Shown: one piece after another, positions 32,381 through 47,400 of the stretch
Layout: every line of letters begins with the position of its first letter
Position numbering within the stretch: position 1 is the first letter of the stretch
Origin: Lingula anatina
Taxonomy: Eukaryota; Animalia; Brachiopoda
Reading direction: 5' to 3'
DNA: 64,000 bases
Assembly: GCA_051362555.1 (NCBI GenBank)
Contig: CM120647.1
Span: 8,990,001-9,054,000 of the forward strand
Program-made: the position numbers and the translations under genes
The notes under the pieces: generated by a model
The model's input: the letters and a program-made list of their open reading frames with translations, nothing else
What the model was told of the DNA's origin: nothing
Database searches by the model: none

Positions 32381-35300
32381 TTCAAACTACCTTGGGGAGA
32401 GGGAAGTCAAGACAAAAAAACTGACTTTTAGACCAAAAATTTAGGCTACAAATAAACATCATCATAATTTCACAGAGGTCCATTAAAATGAAGGTAGTAT
32501 TTGTCTAATTAAATTCATACAGGTTCAGGCCAGCATGACCTAAGTGGGTCAATATCTAGGTCGGGGCTTAACTGTGCAAATCTATGGGAATGGTATCACA
32601 GGAGATTTTATTCTTCATGACACTAACAATTTGCAAACAAATGAATAGATAAATTGATACAAAAATATCATGCCTGCCCTTTTTTTCGGGGGTTATTTGA
32701 AACTTGATTCTTTTATCATGTACAGGACATCACCTTGTTTGTCACTAAATCGTTTTGTAATCAGATTAGGTGCGACTTTTAGATTTCGTGATGTTTTGTG
32801 TTGTGAATGCTATGAGAATACGGTAACCTTTGTTCATTTGAAGATGCAACGTGATCGTTCCAGCTTAGAAGTTCAACTTCGTGTTGTAGCTGTGTTCCGA
32901 GTATGGTAATTACTAACTCTTTTCAATGTGGAGATACTATCAACTTTTCAGATCCATATTTTCAGAGCATTTGTAGTCCTTTTAATGTATAAGATAGAGC
33001 TATAAGGTAGCTTGGTTTTCATTTTTGTTGCTATCACTCAATAGGTATGTTCTTAATTGAACAATTTATGATTAAAAAAAAAGATATAAAATATGTAAAA
33101 TTCACAATTGTCCCCATTGAAAAGACTGGGCCATTATTGTAGTTTTGACATAAATCTTCTTTCAAAGCCAACAACTACTTCTGCTGTAATCACTGTTTGA
33201 CATAACAGTAGAGGGAGAGGTATTGTCATCAAGTGCCTACCCCAGAAAAATTATGACAATAACATTTTTGTTGAATCTTGCTTTACATTGTACCATTTTG
33301 TTACTTGAAAATAAATAATAAGAATGGAATTAGAATGAAACCAAAAGCATTAAGTGCTAGCATGTACAATATCCGTGGTAAAATGCACCAAATTCTCTCA
33401 GTTTGACCCCAAATTATCATGGTTTATTTGTCAAGGATGAAATCCCACACATATTCATTAATTGTGTTAACCGTTAAGTTTTCATATTTTCTTTTCTTAT
33501 TTTGTAATATCGCTATGATTTTACATCTGAACATTCTAAATCTAATGGACATTGTTTCTTAATTCTTTATATTCCATGATCCTTCCAAAGGACAAAATAT
33601 CTGGTCACTTACAGTGATGGGCAATGCTTGTCAAATTCAATCCCCTACCCCCCCAAACCACCCCTTCCGAGTCCTATCTAATTTAAAAGAACAAAATTTC
33701 TAATCATTCAGATCGTGACAGACACTTTTTTATATCTTCGAAGACCCATCCAGTCATTCTAATCAAGATGGACAAGGATTTTTCATATATTAATACTTAA
33801 CTCCAGCATCATGAATACTTCATCTCCACGGTCTGTTTCTTTCGTCTCGGCCATATTGATCCCAAAACCCAAAGGCCAATATCGAAGGCATGTCATCTGT
33901 ACCCACCATAACGTTGAATAAAGCACTTTTTTCTCCTTTCTTTTCAAGGGTGACGGCTTTTCTGAGACCTCATTGATTTTGCTGTTTTTTCATTTAGCCA
34001 CATAAATAATTGAAAGCCTCTGCTTTTGTCTGATTCACTGAATGGTCCAGCTCGATCTACGGTAACTTGATATGTTGCTTTGGAGAGGCTTGTTTTTTAT
34101 TCATTATTTTGTGCCATTCAATTCCCATTTATTGATTTTCTGGGTTGATGTGACCGTTTTTTTTTTCCCTATTTTTTTTTCATCTGAACCTCCAAGGCAG
34201 AATGAGAGATAAGCAATATTCATACTCAGGGCCTCTATAAAAATAACAGGGAAGTCAATAAGGCTTCTTGTAATGCATGTGGTCAAGTTATACATCTCTT
34301 GGGGCCTGATGGGATGGACCTGGGCACAAAATATGGATAGGCATGACAAAGGTTAAAATGCCCTACGTACAATATAGCAGGAATATAGTACAGGAATATG
34401 AAACAAAAACCAATGTTGCTTGTTCACAAAAGGGAGTGAACTTCAAAGAAAAAATCTTAACCAAATTGACAAAGGGGAGATTTGCCTAAAAAACTGCTTT
34501 TGTTCTTTGACCTTCAACGGTATTTACTAGTCCTCTGTGCGAACTATAGGGGAGAACTACTATAATGTAAATACACACACAAGAAAAAGAGGGCAACACA
34601 ATAAGTAATTGTACTTTTGTATATTATTAATCTACCTCTTGAACTCCGTTTTTGTGTTCCATTTTTCCACTACATTTCTCAATCTAATTATGGACTGGTT
34701 TCATTCTTTTTCCTCATATACCCTTTCTTTTCTTTCCTTCTCTCAGTGTACTTCTGCATCCCATCTCTTCTTTCCCATTCTCGCAATCATCTCCTTTGTG
34801 AATCTCTTCTTTTTTCTCCCCCCTCCCCCTCTGCTTCTCAAAAAACGTCCCCTCTCTTCCAATCTTCCTGTCATTCCTCTCCCTTTCTCTCTTTCCTTAC
34901 ACACAAGCACACATACACTGTCTAATATATCTTTTTCCCTCCTTCCCTCTCTCTCGGGCCCCCCTTTCTTTCTCTCCCAATCCCCCCCCCCCCCAGTCTG
35001 TCTGTCTCCTTCTGTCTCTCTCTCTTCTCTCTCTCTCCACAAACAGCACAAGTGCATGCAGAGAGCTATTAAAACAAGTAGGATCTGATGCTAGCTGTCA
35101 AGACAACATGCTTCCACTTGACCCCTCACTTGACCTCTGCCTACCGGCCAATTACACGCCTCATTGCCTCCACGCCCCGTGGAGCTGTTAAACAGAGCAG
35201 TTAACAGAGCTCTCCCGCAACTGACAAGTAATGGATACTCACGATCAAGAACGCCTCAAACTGTGCCCTTATCTAATCTTCATTGCCCCTTTAGAGTGCT

Positions 35301-36453
35301 GTTGAATTAAAGTCAGCACGGCTGTAGATTTTTTTTTTTTTTTCAATTTTTTTACAGGTCTGATTTCAGCGCCTGTAGCTGGCACGTGGCAAAGCCAGAG
35401 TTGACAAGAAAACGATGTCTTAATGGACTCTTCTCAGCTGCCCTCTAAGTGGGATTTAATAGAGATGCTGAGTTTTTTTTTTTAATACCGTGTCTGTTGT
35501 ATGTTATGATGGTGAAGTTAAGCTGTTCTCAACTTTTTTTAGATGACTCTTTTTTGCAACATAAATTTCTTTATCACTTGTGTACTTTAAGAAAATTTGC
35601 AGTACAATCCCTGTGTCATTATTTATGCATTTATCCTTATATATTTTTTGTAGCGCAAAGGGATTTTTTAAAAAAATATATCATATAAAAAAATAGGCAC
35701 CTGATACCATACTACACTCATCAGAAGCTATACCAGATATTCAAAATACAAGTCTTAGACTTGTAATCTTTTCAGGATGTTATTAAACATTGTCATCCTG
35801 ACCATATCATTTAACATTACCTGAACATCTTCTAAGTATGCCGTTACATAAGTCATTCACCTTCCTTCTAATAAGAACATCGAGCACTCACAGCAAATAT
35901 CAAATGCCAAAGCTATCCCTAACATTTCCTTAGCTTATAACTTGAAACTGTATCCTGTTCCATAACACAAAAAATAAAACCACATTCATATTCAGAATCT
36001 TTTTTAATAATGTTTGTATTGAAAATAACCTTTTTCCTCAATTATTTATAGAGCATGTTTTTTGGAAAAATGATTCATCAATTTAGTACATGTGTACCAA
36101 ACAATATACCTGACAGTGAGCGAATTAACTGAGTGCTTTTATTGTGCATTACAGTAATGCCTGTATAGGATCTTAAAATAAATAAAAATTTGAAACAAAA
36201 AGCTTGCTAAAGCCAAATTAAAAACTTTCACCCCTTTTATTTAACCATCTGCATTTACAGTTGTACTAAGACCATTTAACATTTCCAATCTGAAAAAGTT
36301 GATGTTGATCTTGAAACAAGGCAGCAAAGCTGTCAAATGTACAGACAAAAAGCAGGAAATAACAAAAAAGGCTACTGTCAATTCTGATGCAAAAGTACAT
36401 TTTGTTAAACTGCAAATTCAACATCAAATTTTAATTATGCTCAACAGGTAAAA

Positions 36454-38481
36454 TACATCTGTGTCTGTACATAAAAACGGCATTTCTTTAAAATAATGGC
36501 CCGATTATGCTGATTTTTGAACTCAACCTGCGATTTAGCAGGAATGACCACTCCTGTGAGTTTAATGACAATTGGCCTATATGTTTTTCTTATATTGTGT
36601 TTACAGTGTTGCATATATGCTGAAAAGTGAAAAAAAAAAGCATAACTACTAAAATAGTGGCCCGATCATGCCGATTTTTGAACTTGACCTGCGTTTTAGT
36701 AAGATCAATTACTCTGCATTTTAGTCCTGTATTTCTTTTTGAAAGTTTGACAATCATAAGTAACATGGTTTTCCCATAATGGTCATCTTGGCAGCAGCAC
36801 CCAAAATTGTGTTTTCTTCTATTCTGATGCAATATTACATAATGGTTAACAGCAAAATGACCGTTAATTTTTAATAATAAAATACACGTATCATGGATTT
36901 TCAGAAAATGTGACTAGCATGGGTCTTCAAGCCCGTGGAACATGCCGATTTTCGAACTTGACCTGTGTTATAGTAAGATCAATTACTCCTGTGATTTTCA
37001 TGACAACAGGCCTAACGGTTTTCCTTAAAATGTGTTTACAGTGTTGGATATATGCTGAAAAGTGAAAAAACAGCATAACTTCTACAATAATGGCCCGATC
37101 ATGCTGATTTTTTAACTTGACCTGCGTTTTATGAATATTCATCAGCTCTGTAAATATACAGCCAAAAAGTAAAACTGCCTTCCACTTATCATGTTTACAA
37201 TGAAAGTGCACGGTGTCGGCACCGGCGACGACAGACGCAGGTGATGGCAATATGTACAGACACATCTGTACATATTTACTGTACTGTTTGAGAACAGTAA
37301 GTGACATGGTTTTTCTTAAATGGTCATCATGGGAGCAGTGCCCAAAATGTTTTTTTTTTCAAATTTTGATGCAATATTACATAATGTTTAACAGCATAAT
37401 GACCATCAATTTTTAATAATAAAATATTAGTATCATGGATATTCAGAAAATGTGACTAGCAAAGGTCTTCAGGCCCATGGAACTTCAAAGTTACAACTTG
37501 AAAATGCCAGAATGTAAACAAGACAGCACTGTTCTGAAATGTTTTTTTTTTTCCATTTTTAACACTTTTTTTAACATAAAACAAAATTAACAGGTTACTG
37601 CCATTTTTATACGATCAACTAAGAAAATTGATGAGATGGGAAAAATATCAATACAACAGTGTTAAATGTCCAATTTCCTCCATTCTGAGATTCTGAACAT
37701 AGTGAATGATTGAATCTGACAAACTGCAATGATATGAGTTTATTTCCATTTTGGAAACTTTATTACACAATACACGATAACAAGTTTACCATCATTTTTA
37801 CATAATCAACTAACAATGTTGTAAAGATGCAGGAAATGTCAAACAAACACTTTTACGTATCTTATTAGTTCATTAATGAGACTGTTAACATGCCTAACAG
37901 TTGAATCTGAGGAAATTTGAAAAAACAGCATAACTTCTAAAATAATGGCCCGATTATGCTGATTTTCGAACTCAACCTGCGTTTTAGTAAGATTGACCAC
38001 TCTTGTGAGTTAAATGACAATTGGCCTATCTGTTTTTCTTATATTGTGTTTACAGTGTTGTATATATGCTGAAAAATGAAAAAACAGCATAACTACTAAA
38101 ATAGTGGCCCGATCATGCCGATTTTCGAACTTGACCTGCGTTTTAGTAAGATTGATTACTCCTGTGAGTTTCATGACAACAGGCCTAACGGTTTTCCTTA
38201 AAATGTGTTTACAGGGTTGCATATATGCTGAAAAGTGAAAAAACAGCATAACTTCTACAATAATGGCCCGATCATGCTGGTTTTCGAACTTGACCTGCGT
38301 TTTATGAATATTCATCAGCTCTGTAAATATTAAGCCAAAAAGTAAAACTGCCCTCCACTTATCGTGTTTACAAGGAAAGTGCACGGCGCCGGCATCGGCA
38401 TCGGCGACGGCGACGGCGACGGCGACGACAGACGCAGGTGATGGCAATATGTACAGACACATCTGTGTCTGTACATAAAAA
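36454..38481 (-). mobile_element. concatenated Helentron/HINE-like elements carrying ~160-bp tandem repeats
   Basis: About 7 copies of a ~160-bp unit (aataatggcccgatcatgctgattttcgaacttgacctgcg... near 36491, 36652, 36930, 37087, 37940, 38099, 38259). A terminal palindrome tgtacagacac-atct-gtgtctgtaca sits next to a (GACGGC)n microsatellite at ~38400-38475, with partial copies at 36454-36477 and 37225-37272. Confidence 0.75.
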
Positions 38482-40808
38482 GAAAAAAAAAAGGAAAGGT
38501 GCTCGGAATTTAAGAGTAATTGCCATATTTCATATCCAGTTTGTTTTATATCTTATCTTGAATTGAGAACAAAATAAAACTTGCCAACCTTTTGACGTAA
38601 AACATATATTTAGACATAGAGTATCAATATGATAACACTCCTACTTCCATGATAAAGCTCTTATTCAATTTGTCGCAAATAAATGCAAATTCTGTAAAAT
38701 ACACAACTATTTTTATCTGGTGTCCCCGATGATGCACTCTTATCCATCCCCAATGAGGCAGTATTGATGATGGCACTATTTTTCTGGTCCAAAACAGTCA
38801 TTTTTCATGAGAGAATAGGGAAACTGACTTCATTTCTTTTTTGGTGAAACCACGGCCTAAATTACTTAGGTGAACTGTACCCGATTTCATTATCTCCCCA
38901 TTTCATTATCTCCTTCGTATAAATAATGGGAATAAAACAGGTGTGCCTTCTAGCCCCCAGGTGTGGTACAAGCCTATATTGACTTTGAATCAACCTATCG
39001 TACTTGCTCAATAAATCTGAACATAATTAATCATGTCCATTTGGTTATCACGTTTTGTCTAGTCTGCATATTTCATCAGCTTCTGGTGTCTTGCTAATTC
39101 ACCTGGTTACTTTAATTGGAAAAATCTGCTAGCTTTTATGAAATGTTTTGCTCTCTATGAAACATTTTGCTCTCGAAAGTTGTGTGTGTATGTGTGCTAC
39201 GTTTATTGACAGACAGTTCATCAATGCCTTGGAAACTTAAAACTGGAGTGAAACAAACTTAGTTCAAAACACAAATTTTTTTAGATGCTATAAAACTAAC
39301 GAAATTAATTTCTGCTCAGATAAACACAGATATCATTGGTAAATGATTTAAACCAATTTAAATCACACACCCCCCCCCTCAAAAAAAAAAAAAAAAAAAC
39401 TTTTCCCTCACCCAATCACCTATACTGGCCTCAATATCATATCTACTTCCTGTTTAACTTAAACTTAATCAGTTAAACATAAAACATTCCTGGACACCCC
39501 TATCCCTTCATTTTATATTGGTATCCCTTCATTTGATATCTGTCTGCATACCCTGTGACCCTTGAACAAACATTTTCTCTTAAACGGGTTCACAAAATCT
39601 ACCACAAGTACCAATTATACTCAAGCTAGTGCTCACATTTAACGTCATTGACCTTCAGTGCATCCAAGGTCTATGCAGTATATTTTGACTGGAAATCCAG
39701 ACCAAGTTTTGTACTGGTCAGTTTCAGCTTTGAATTTCAGTTATGGAATACATAAGGCAAAATTTTGTGAGCACACACATAAGAAGAAAAAAAACTCCAT
39801 TCCTTTAAATCTTATAAAATTAATCAAATTTCCATTCAAGCTTTCTCTTTTTCACCACAAAAGCCACAATTCCTCAAACCGCCTACAGGACTTACTCAAA
39901 AGCCTCGAGTATCTTGTTTCTTCTAATATATTGGACTTTATCTAGATATCATGAATCATTTTTAGACACACACAAAGAAACGCGTCTCTTCAAAACTTCT
40001 GAATCAACACTTTTAAGTAAAACTAACATAACATTTTTGAGAAAAAGGTTTTATGTTCGGATTTAATGAGTTATTACTGCATCTGTTTCACAGCGAAGTC
40101 CACCTAAATAATTCAGTCCACTTTCACATCTGCTTTTTACTACTTCATAATTCATTTTCATCCATTTTTTCTTAACCTGCCACTCAATTATTGAATACAT
40201 GCTATCTTTTTGTTAGGCATAGAACCCACATAAATTTTAACTGAAACATACAGTGGGCAATAATATAGGGGACAATGAAAGTATAAAATTGATTTGCCAA
40301 AATTTATATTCCAACAATATATCTGTCTGTTTGAACATCCATAACAATATTTCTACTGCAATTTCTATTTAGAAAATGTAAATAAATTAATAATAACTCA
40401 CATTTTATGGAAACAACCCTATTGTTGAGATGGGTAATCCTATATTAAGTAGCATCAGAACATCTTGAATGGAAACACGGCCTACGATTTAGGACAAACA
40501 CCCCCCCCCCTTCTGATCGACTAGCCCCAACCTTAACAGTGCATTCCAAAGCCATATCGGCCATTTCGTCTCTAATGGACATGTCAAAAATTCCCTAAGG
40601 GCTCTAGTAACAGACATATCTCATAGCGCACATCACCATTTATTGATGATGTGTCAATTAATCACTTACTGGGCAGCACTTTCCTTTCCTTAATCTCTGG
40701 GTTAATTTTTGACCCCCTTTTTGTAAGCAGCTATTAGGCTGGTGTATGAAACGCTGTATTTTCCACTCCGATACAGGCAGTTATTTCTTAGATCTCTGCG
40801 TAGAAGAA

Positions 40809-40838
40809 TGTGTGTGTGTGTTTATGTATTCGTGTGTG

Positions 40839-40900
<62 letters not shown>
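40809..40900. repeat. compound (TG)n(AG)n microsatellite
   Basis: Directly visible. Confidence 0.95.
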
Positions 40901-40905
<5 letters not shown>

Positions 40906-41191
40906 CATTCTTGCTATATGCTTACATTCATGTGGCAGTTTTTTTTTAAAAAAGAGAACACTCTTTCTGTCATGATTTATATCATGAACAAATCAAGCAA
41001 GCAAAACCATTAATCCCCTCCCTAGCTTCTCTGCCCAATAACGCTTGTATCTGATCTCTCCTATATATCAAAACATGTCCAATTAGTCAATAAGCTCTAG
41101 TGAGCCTCAGGCCATTACATTTCATATATGTTTTAAAATGTGATAGTTTTAACTTCATTAAAGAGATGCAAATGCACACGTGTATGCGCTT

Positions 41192-41237
<46 letters not shown>

Positions 41238-44200
41238 TATAGTAGTTCTTACACTTAATATTCAACTCAGATCTTATAGCTCAAAGAGAACTTAACTTAA
41301 TCCCCTATGAAAATATGAAATTTCTCAATTTCTGCACCTAACATCTCAATTTCTCCTTCCCCCACCCCCTTTCTGTCTGACTGACCCCATAATACCTTTT
41401 GACTGGTCTCCTATCATCGTTCAACCTCCTTGGCTTTATCTACTCTGACCCTGATCCCAAAGATCTGACAAACATATCTAGTCAACGCAATTATATACTG
41501 GTACCAAAAGAGCTTTGAAGTTTAAAAAAAACCCCTGATATATACTAGATAATGTGTCATTGAAATCTTCATACAGCAGTCGTCTGATAGATCACACAGT
41601 GAACCCTATCAAAATTTTTAATCCGAAATCCCATGTTAAGCAATCGGAGTGCCTGATTTTGTAGACCAGTTTAAGTAGGGTACAGTCTGAACGCGGTCGC
41701 ATGACCAGTGGTTCAGTTCACATAAGAACTATTGTAGAACTCCGGCTATTTAACTAATGTTTTTTTAAACAATGATTCCTTTTCCCATCAAGTTATATTT
41801 ACTTTCAAGAGGAGTACACTCTTCTTGGTCGAACTCATCTCGCAACCCTTTTGACCAAAACGATCTTACTATCGACATCTAACATAATCCCCTTGTTGTC
41901 TTCCGCATTGAAAACCGTGCAGTCACGTGCCGCGCTGTTAGATTGACTTATTACGGAGAGCTGATCGCAAGGGAACAGAGTGCGCTAGGATGGATCAAAC
42001 CCTTCGTCATCGTCCCAGACTTCACTGGGAATAAGAATCATGTTAGTCCATACATGAACTGGTTTTAACAATGGCACTATCTGCTACATAAGGTTTCTAT
42101 GTAAACTGTTAAATTTGCTGGTCAAGCCATAAAAAAAACCAACAGGTCTGGGTCAGAGACAAGAGATCCTGATCTGTGTCTTACCTTTGAGGCAGAAGAG
42201 AGCCATACTGGATATCCCTCCTTCGAAATTACTGGATACTGAGATAATCCAAATTAATCCTAAACTGTCCTTGATATAAGTAAATACCTTCTTTTTCTAT
42301 CGACTGGTCTGAATGAGAGTCATAAATATATTTATATCAATGCAGCAGCTTTCTCCTTCAGTTATGTTTGAATAAGGTCTTAATGTACACACATGAACAG
42401 AACGGCCAGAAAGAGGAGTGACAACGAGATGTCAGCCTTTAGAAAAAAAATCCCGTCTTTTTCTTATCTCTGTCTTTTATTTCTTCCAAATCCTGTCCCC
42501 CGTTAATAAGAACGTCCACTTCCTGATGTGGCCTTTGTATCGCGCAAGCCTAGTTTGCTTGTCAATACACTCAATCCAAGCGTTGTGGGGAGTGCCTTCT
42601 GGACTATTGAAAAAATAGCCTCTCCCGATGATGAATAGTTTTTTAGTTATGCCATAAAAAACCTGCCAAGCTTTAATGCAATGTACTTAATGTGAATAAC
42701 AAATGCCCTTCCTTGGTGAGGCCCTAGGTTACAAAGGCATGTAGGAGGGAGAATGGACAACACGGACGGATGGTTACTGAATAACTCGACGATACCCTTG
42801 GGGATTATGAAATAAAAACTACAGCCTATTCATCCGTAAGATTAATATTTGTTTTCCTTTGTTCCTGCCACCAGGAGTAGTGTGAGCATTTTTTATGGTC
42901 AGCGTGTGTTACTAATACAAAAAGACCCCTATGTTTCTATTCAAGGGACCTGGCTGACTTAAGTGCTTAAAGCCTGTGCAAATAGCACAGTGGTCGAATA
43001 ATGAATTTTTTACAAGTGTCGTTTTCCAAGCGCCTCCAATTTCACAAAGGGTTTAAATAAGATCGTTATGGCGTGAACTTTTTATTGTAGTTAAATCAAT
43101 AAAAAGTATGCTTTCTTCGCAAGTGACTTACATTTTTTTTTAAACTTTTTTTTTCATGTGACCTGCACTTAGTAGTGAGACCTAATAAAATCACATTAAA
43201 CTTTGACACAAACAAAAAAGATTTATTTTCTGTATGTGAACTAATTCAGAGTGTGCTGAAATACAGAGAAAAATATACTTTACGGGACACCGAAATTGGG
43301 CACTTTAATAGGAAAGTTACTGAACATTTTTTACTCTACAATACAATGAGTGCAGATTTCCAGTACCTCTGTAACTACCTATCCTTAATCCTACCTAAGT
43401 CCGCTATATTATCTAGCTTTAGAATTTTTTAAAAGTCAAGTTGAAGATATAAAAACCCTGAGGAAATAGGTCATATCCTGTCTTTCCAATGGATTGAATT
43501 TTCTCCTTTTGAAATACAATCTGAAAGTCCTCAATGATGATACCCAAATTTTCAGTCATCATCTGATAATGTTTCATGTGATCAAATAAAACTTTTGCTT
43601 CATCAAATGGCCCTTGGTGATAGGTAGCTAACAGCATGTTTTAACCAATTCAAACATTTTTTATTGATTTATTATCAAAAGTGGGGAAAATACTTAGTAA
43701 AGCCAAAGCTACTCCCCCGCCCCCCACTTCTCTCTCTCTCAATGCTACTTACTAGATGATTTGACTCATGATCAATCTCTCATGATAAAAACACATCACA
43801 GATAAAACATCTCAATTTATTTATAGACATTTCAAAATTCATCTGGCTGATGAATGACCCTTACTTTTTTTGCTACACTATAAAATGAATTATCATCTAT
43901 CATTACCACATTGGTTTTAAATATTCATGTACTGGTGATAACAAATTAGCATGAAAAAAATGTAGCCAGGTGAAATCTCCGAATGACAAAATACCACAAG
44001 TGTCATTCATTTGATTTTACCTAAGAAGTGCATTAGCTTTTAATCCCATCGCCCATGGAAACATGTTTTAATCATTGAAGAGGCTAGAAAAATAGGGCCC
44101 TCGCTATCCAATTCAATAAATAATTTTTCATCCATAAATCTACCACCCAATTTCCAACAATTTGGAGAAAATTGGTGCTGACTACTTAAAAAACTAATGA

Positions 44201-44365
44201 GTTCCAAAGTGTATTAGTACTTTTAGAATATCAAAATCAAAATCTGACAGGAAACGATAAGTACTGGTCAGCCAGGCAAATGGACTTACGTAGAGATCTG
44301 AAGACAGGACAGAGAGAAAGAATGAGGAAAATAATTATCCACATCAGTTGCTGTGATACTTGATG

Positions 44366-44475
44366 TACTAATACTAATACTAATAATAATACTAATACTA
44401 ATACTAATACTAATACTAATAATAATACTAATACTAATAATAATACTAATACTAATAATAATAAAAATAATAATA
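44366..44475. repeat. (TACTAA/TAA)n microsatellite
   Basis: Directly visible. Confidence 0.95.
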
Positions 44476-47400
44476 GGGGAATTGTGTGGGATTTATGTCA
44501 TGGACGTAATTTTTTTCAAATTTGCAAAAATCACCCAAAAGAAACATTTTTTTAAAAAAGAAATAATAATAATAAATCTAAAAGTAATAATAATAATAAA
44601 AAGTTTAACAAGTCTAATAAAACATTTGCCAGCTCTCTATGCATACTACAATAATATCACAAATGATTTATATAATACTCCAACAAAATTATGAAAAATA
44701 CTTACAGATAAAAGAAACATGAAATAGCACATTTTATGCAGTTCTTGGACTTAGCATACCCCCTACCAGGAACACAGATTGATTTTTTAACTAGATATTT
44801 ACACGCCTAAGAGAAAAGTGAACATAATTAATCTGTGGCTCTGGTAGAGGGTAGGTTTAAATTAGCTGTATTTCTAGTTTGTTGTGTACTACTGTCTGCC
44901 TCGACATGAAAATCGTCACCTTTTTATTTTGTAAACAGAGGATTTCAGAGTCATGTCTGCTTATGAGAGCACAATCTCTTTGCAGAACATCCAAATGCAA
45001 GCCCGGTGCAGAACGTGTCACAACCGGCACAATCTCATCTAGCGCAATTACCTCAACTCTTATACTTTCAAGATTTCAATGGATTGAATGCCATGGGTCC
45101 TATTTGGAAGACGAACTTGCAGCTATAATTTGGCCATATTTTTAGTCCAAAATTTTAGTCTACTTTAATGCTACTAAATACAGAAGATGCCAGTATATAT
45201 AAAATATTGTGATCTGCTGACAATTTTTTCATTTAATTATGGCTAAATATAGTTGGGACATAGAGCAGTCCGAGTCTGTCTGACCATTCTGCACATTAAA
45301 TTTTTTTTTTGCAATTTTGATATTTGTAATAATGTAAATGAAACCAAACTGATTTTTGAAAGATTAAAATCGTAATCTGCACTCATTTTCATTATTTTCA
45401 TTCAAAGCTATGCTTTCAGTGATATAAATTTCTCTTTTTTCTCCTTAATATTTTTTTTCTCTTTTTTGTTAATTTTTTTCTGACTTTTGGCTGTTCTTTT
45501 TCAGATTTTTGCCCTTCAACAATGAGCACACCATGTAAATCAATACAACCGTTCAGTCCACATGGCAAGGGTTAGAATCACACACATGAACAATCAACTA
45601 AGAGTCCTGTCTTTTCTATGTCCAACCCACTGGACAGCCATTCAGGCTTAATAATGTCCTCTTGGTTAAGCTTTTGGTCAAAGTACAAACTACAAAAAAA
45701 CCCGTTCTGCTTCACTGACCGAGCTTGTAAAATGTTTTCTCCGGCGCTGGCTCGCCGTGTATACAATCGCACGCCAATATATATGACCACTCTACGTAAC
45801 TGACTGACCATAGAAAAAAGTTCTTCCGCATGGTTGAGAAGTTATGCAAAAAAATTGATCCCAATGTTGGGTTTGCCAAAGAAAAACATACAGCATTGTT
45901 CAAAGCCTAGCTGGCCATATAAAAAAGCCCTTTCTCCTCTTACAATGTTGTTTGTTCAATGGCCGGCTCGATTCAACAACAAGTTTTGCTGGCAATGTGG
46001 GCCTGATAAAAATTATGTAACACAGTCGATATTCGGTACATGTTTTTGTCACGATGTTGTCCCATAACCAGGCAGCAGGGTGGGGGCTAAAAAATCAACT
46101 CTACCTGCGTCTGGTGTCACAAAAGAACTGTTGACCGTATATTGGTCTCAACTATCAAGCTGAAATTTTGTATCTGAGTAAACCTGCATTAGTCCAATAG
46201 ACTTTGTGTCAAAAAAGGTGACCATTTTTTTTCTTCTTGTAAAGTAAAAGAGTGATGTCTAAAAATCTTTGACGAATGAAGTCATCATTCCAAAACCAGT
46301 ACAGTAATTATTCACAACATTTTCATTCAAATTTCAAACATCTTTCTAATTCTGAAATGCTTTTTTTTTTTTTTCAATCTTCTTTTCAGTCACAAAAATA
46401 TGCTTTCAGACATGATCATGACGAAAATTTCTTAAACATTTTCAAATGTCCTTTTCTGATGTTCTGCTTTTTCAAGATATATCATTTTCATATCTGATAT
46501 CTGACATCAAAAGAATCCAACTTTTCAAAACATTTTACTCTTAATTAAAAACACTATTAATAAATTAATAAACATTAAATCATTACTAACAACACTTTTT
46601 TCAGGAAAGGAGAAGGAGGTAATTAATATATTTTACTTGAATTTTCTATTGATTATGCCACATCACTTCCAAAAAAGATGACTCAGTAATGAAATGCGAG
46701 TGAACAAAATGACCAACTTTCTGGATGTAATCCCCATCCCACTTTTACAGTTTAATTAACCAGTAATAAGGATATCTGTTTTTTAAGAAGCTTAACCATG
46801 GGGTTGAGTCACTGACTGAACCCTGCCTTGACCACTGGCTAACTTGACCACTAATACCATTATAAGGGAGTGGAGCTGTCTTTTTTTATAACTGACCAGG
46901 GGTATTTTCTGACCACTTCCTCTGTGTGAAGTAATTGACATGGTGACTATTACATATATATCCCATTACAGATCAGTATAGTTCCCTTTTTTCATAACTG
47001 ACTGGGGATATTTTTTTTACCCTTTCCTCTGTGCTTGGTCATAAACATGGGGGCTATTATGAAACAACAAACCCTCATCAAATATTTTTTATCATCCCTG
47101 ATATAAAAATATAACATAACCATACTTCTCCAGAGAAAACCGCCCACGTAGATGACTTCTTTTCTAACTAAGAGACGTCATCTTGTCGCAAAAGCATGCT
47201 ATTTTTCCATGTGAATTAGCAATCTAATAAATAAATTACTCTGTACTACTTCAGAAAAAACATAGGCCTTTGCAACAGGGTTCATCTTATTTGTCTTATT
47301 TTAAACTGCTGTACTCAAGAAGTTATGGACAGGTTTTGGTAAAAATTTTCAGAATCGGCCAAAAATGGACTGACTTAGAATTGATCAGAATATCAGTGCA

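Noticed and set aside
33800-33855. Possible upstream coding exon MAETKETDRGDEVFMMLE that would join hb exon 1 in frame
   Set aside because: It needs a weak donor (GA|gttaag) and has no homology support.
36590-38462. Three similar minus-strand ORFs (80, 126, 150 aa) with internal repeats; possible repeat protein or CRISPR-like array
   Set aside because: They are translations of the ~160-bp tandem monomers of a non-autonomous element. There is no repeat/unique-spacer structure and no cas genes, and the DNA is eukaryotic.
42244-42262. Paired TAATCC (Bicoid/Otd-type) sites upstream of hb
   Set aside because: Six-mers are expected by chance in this much AT-rich DNA, and Bicoid is restricted to higher flies.
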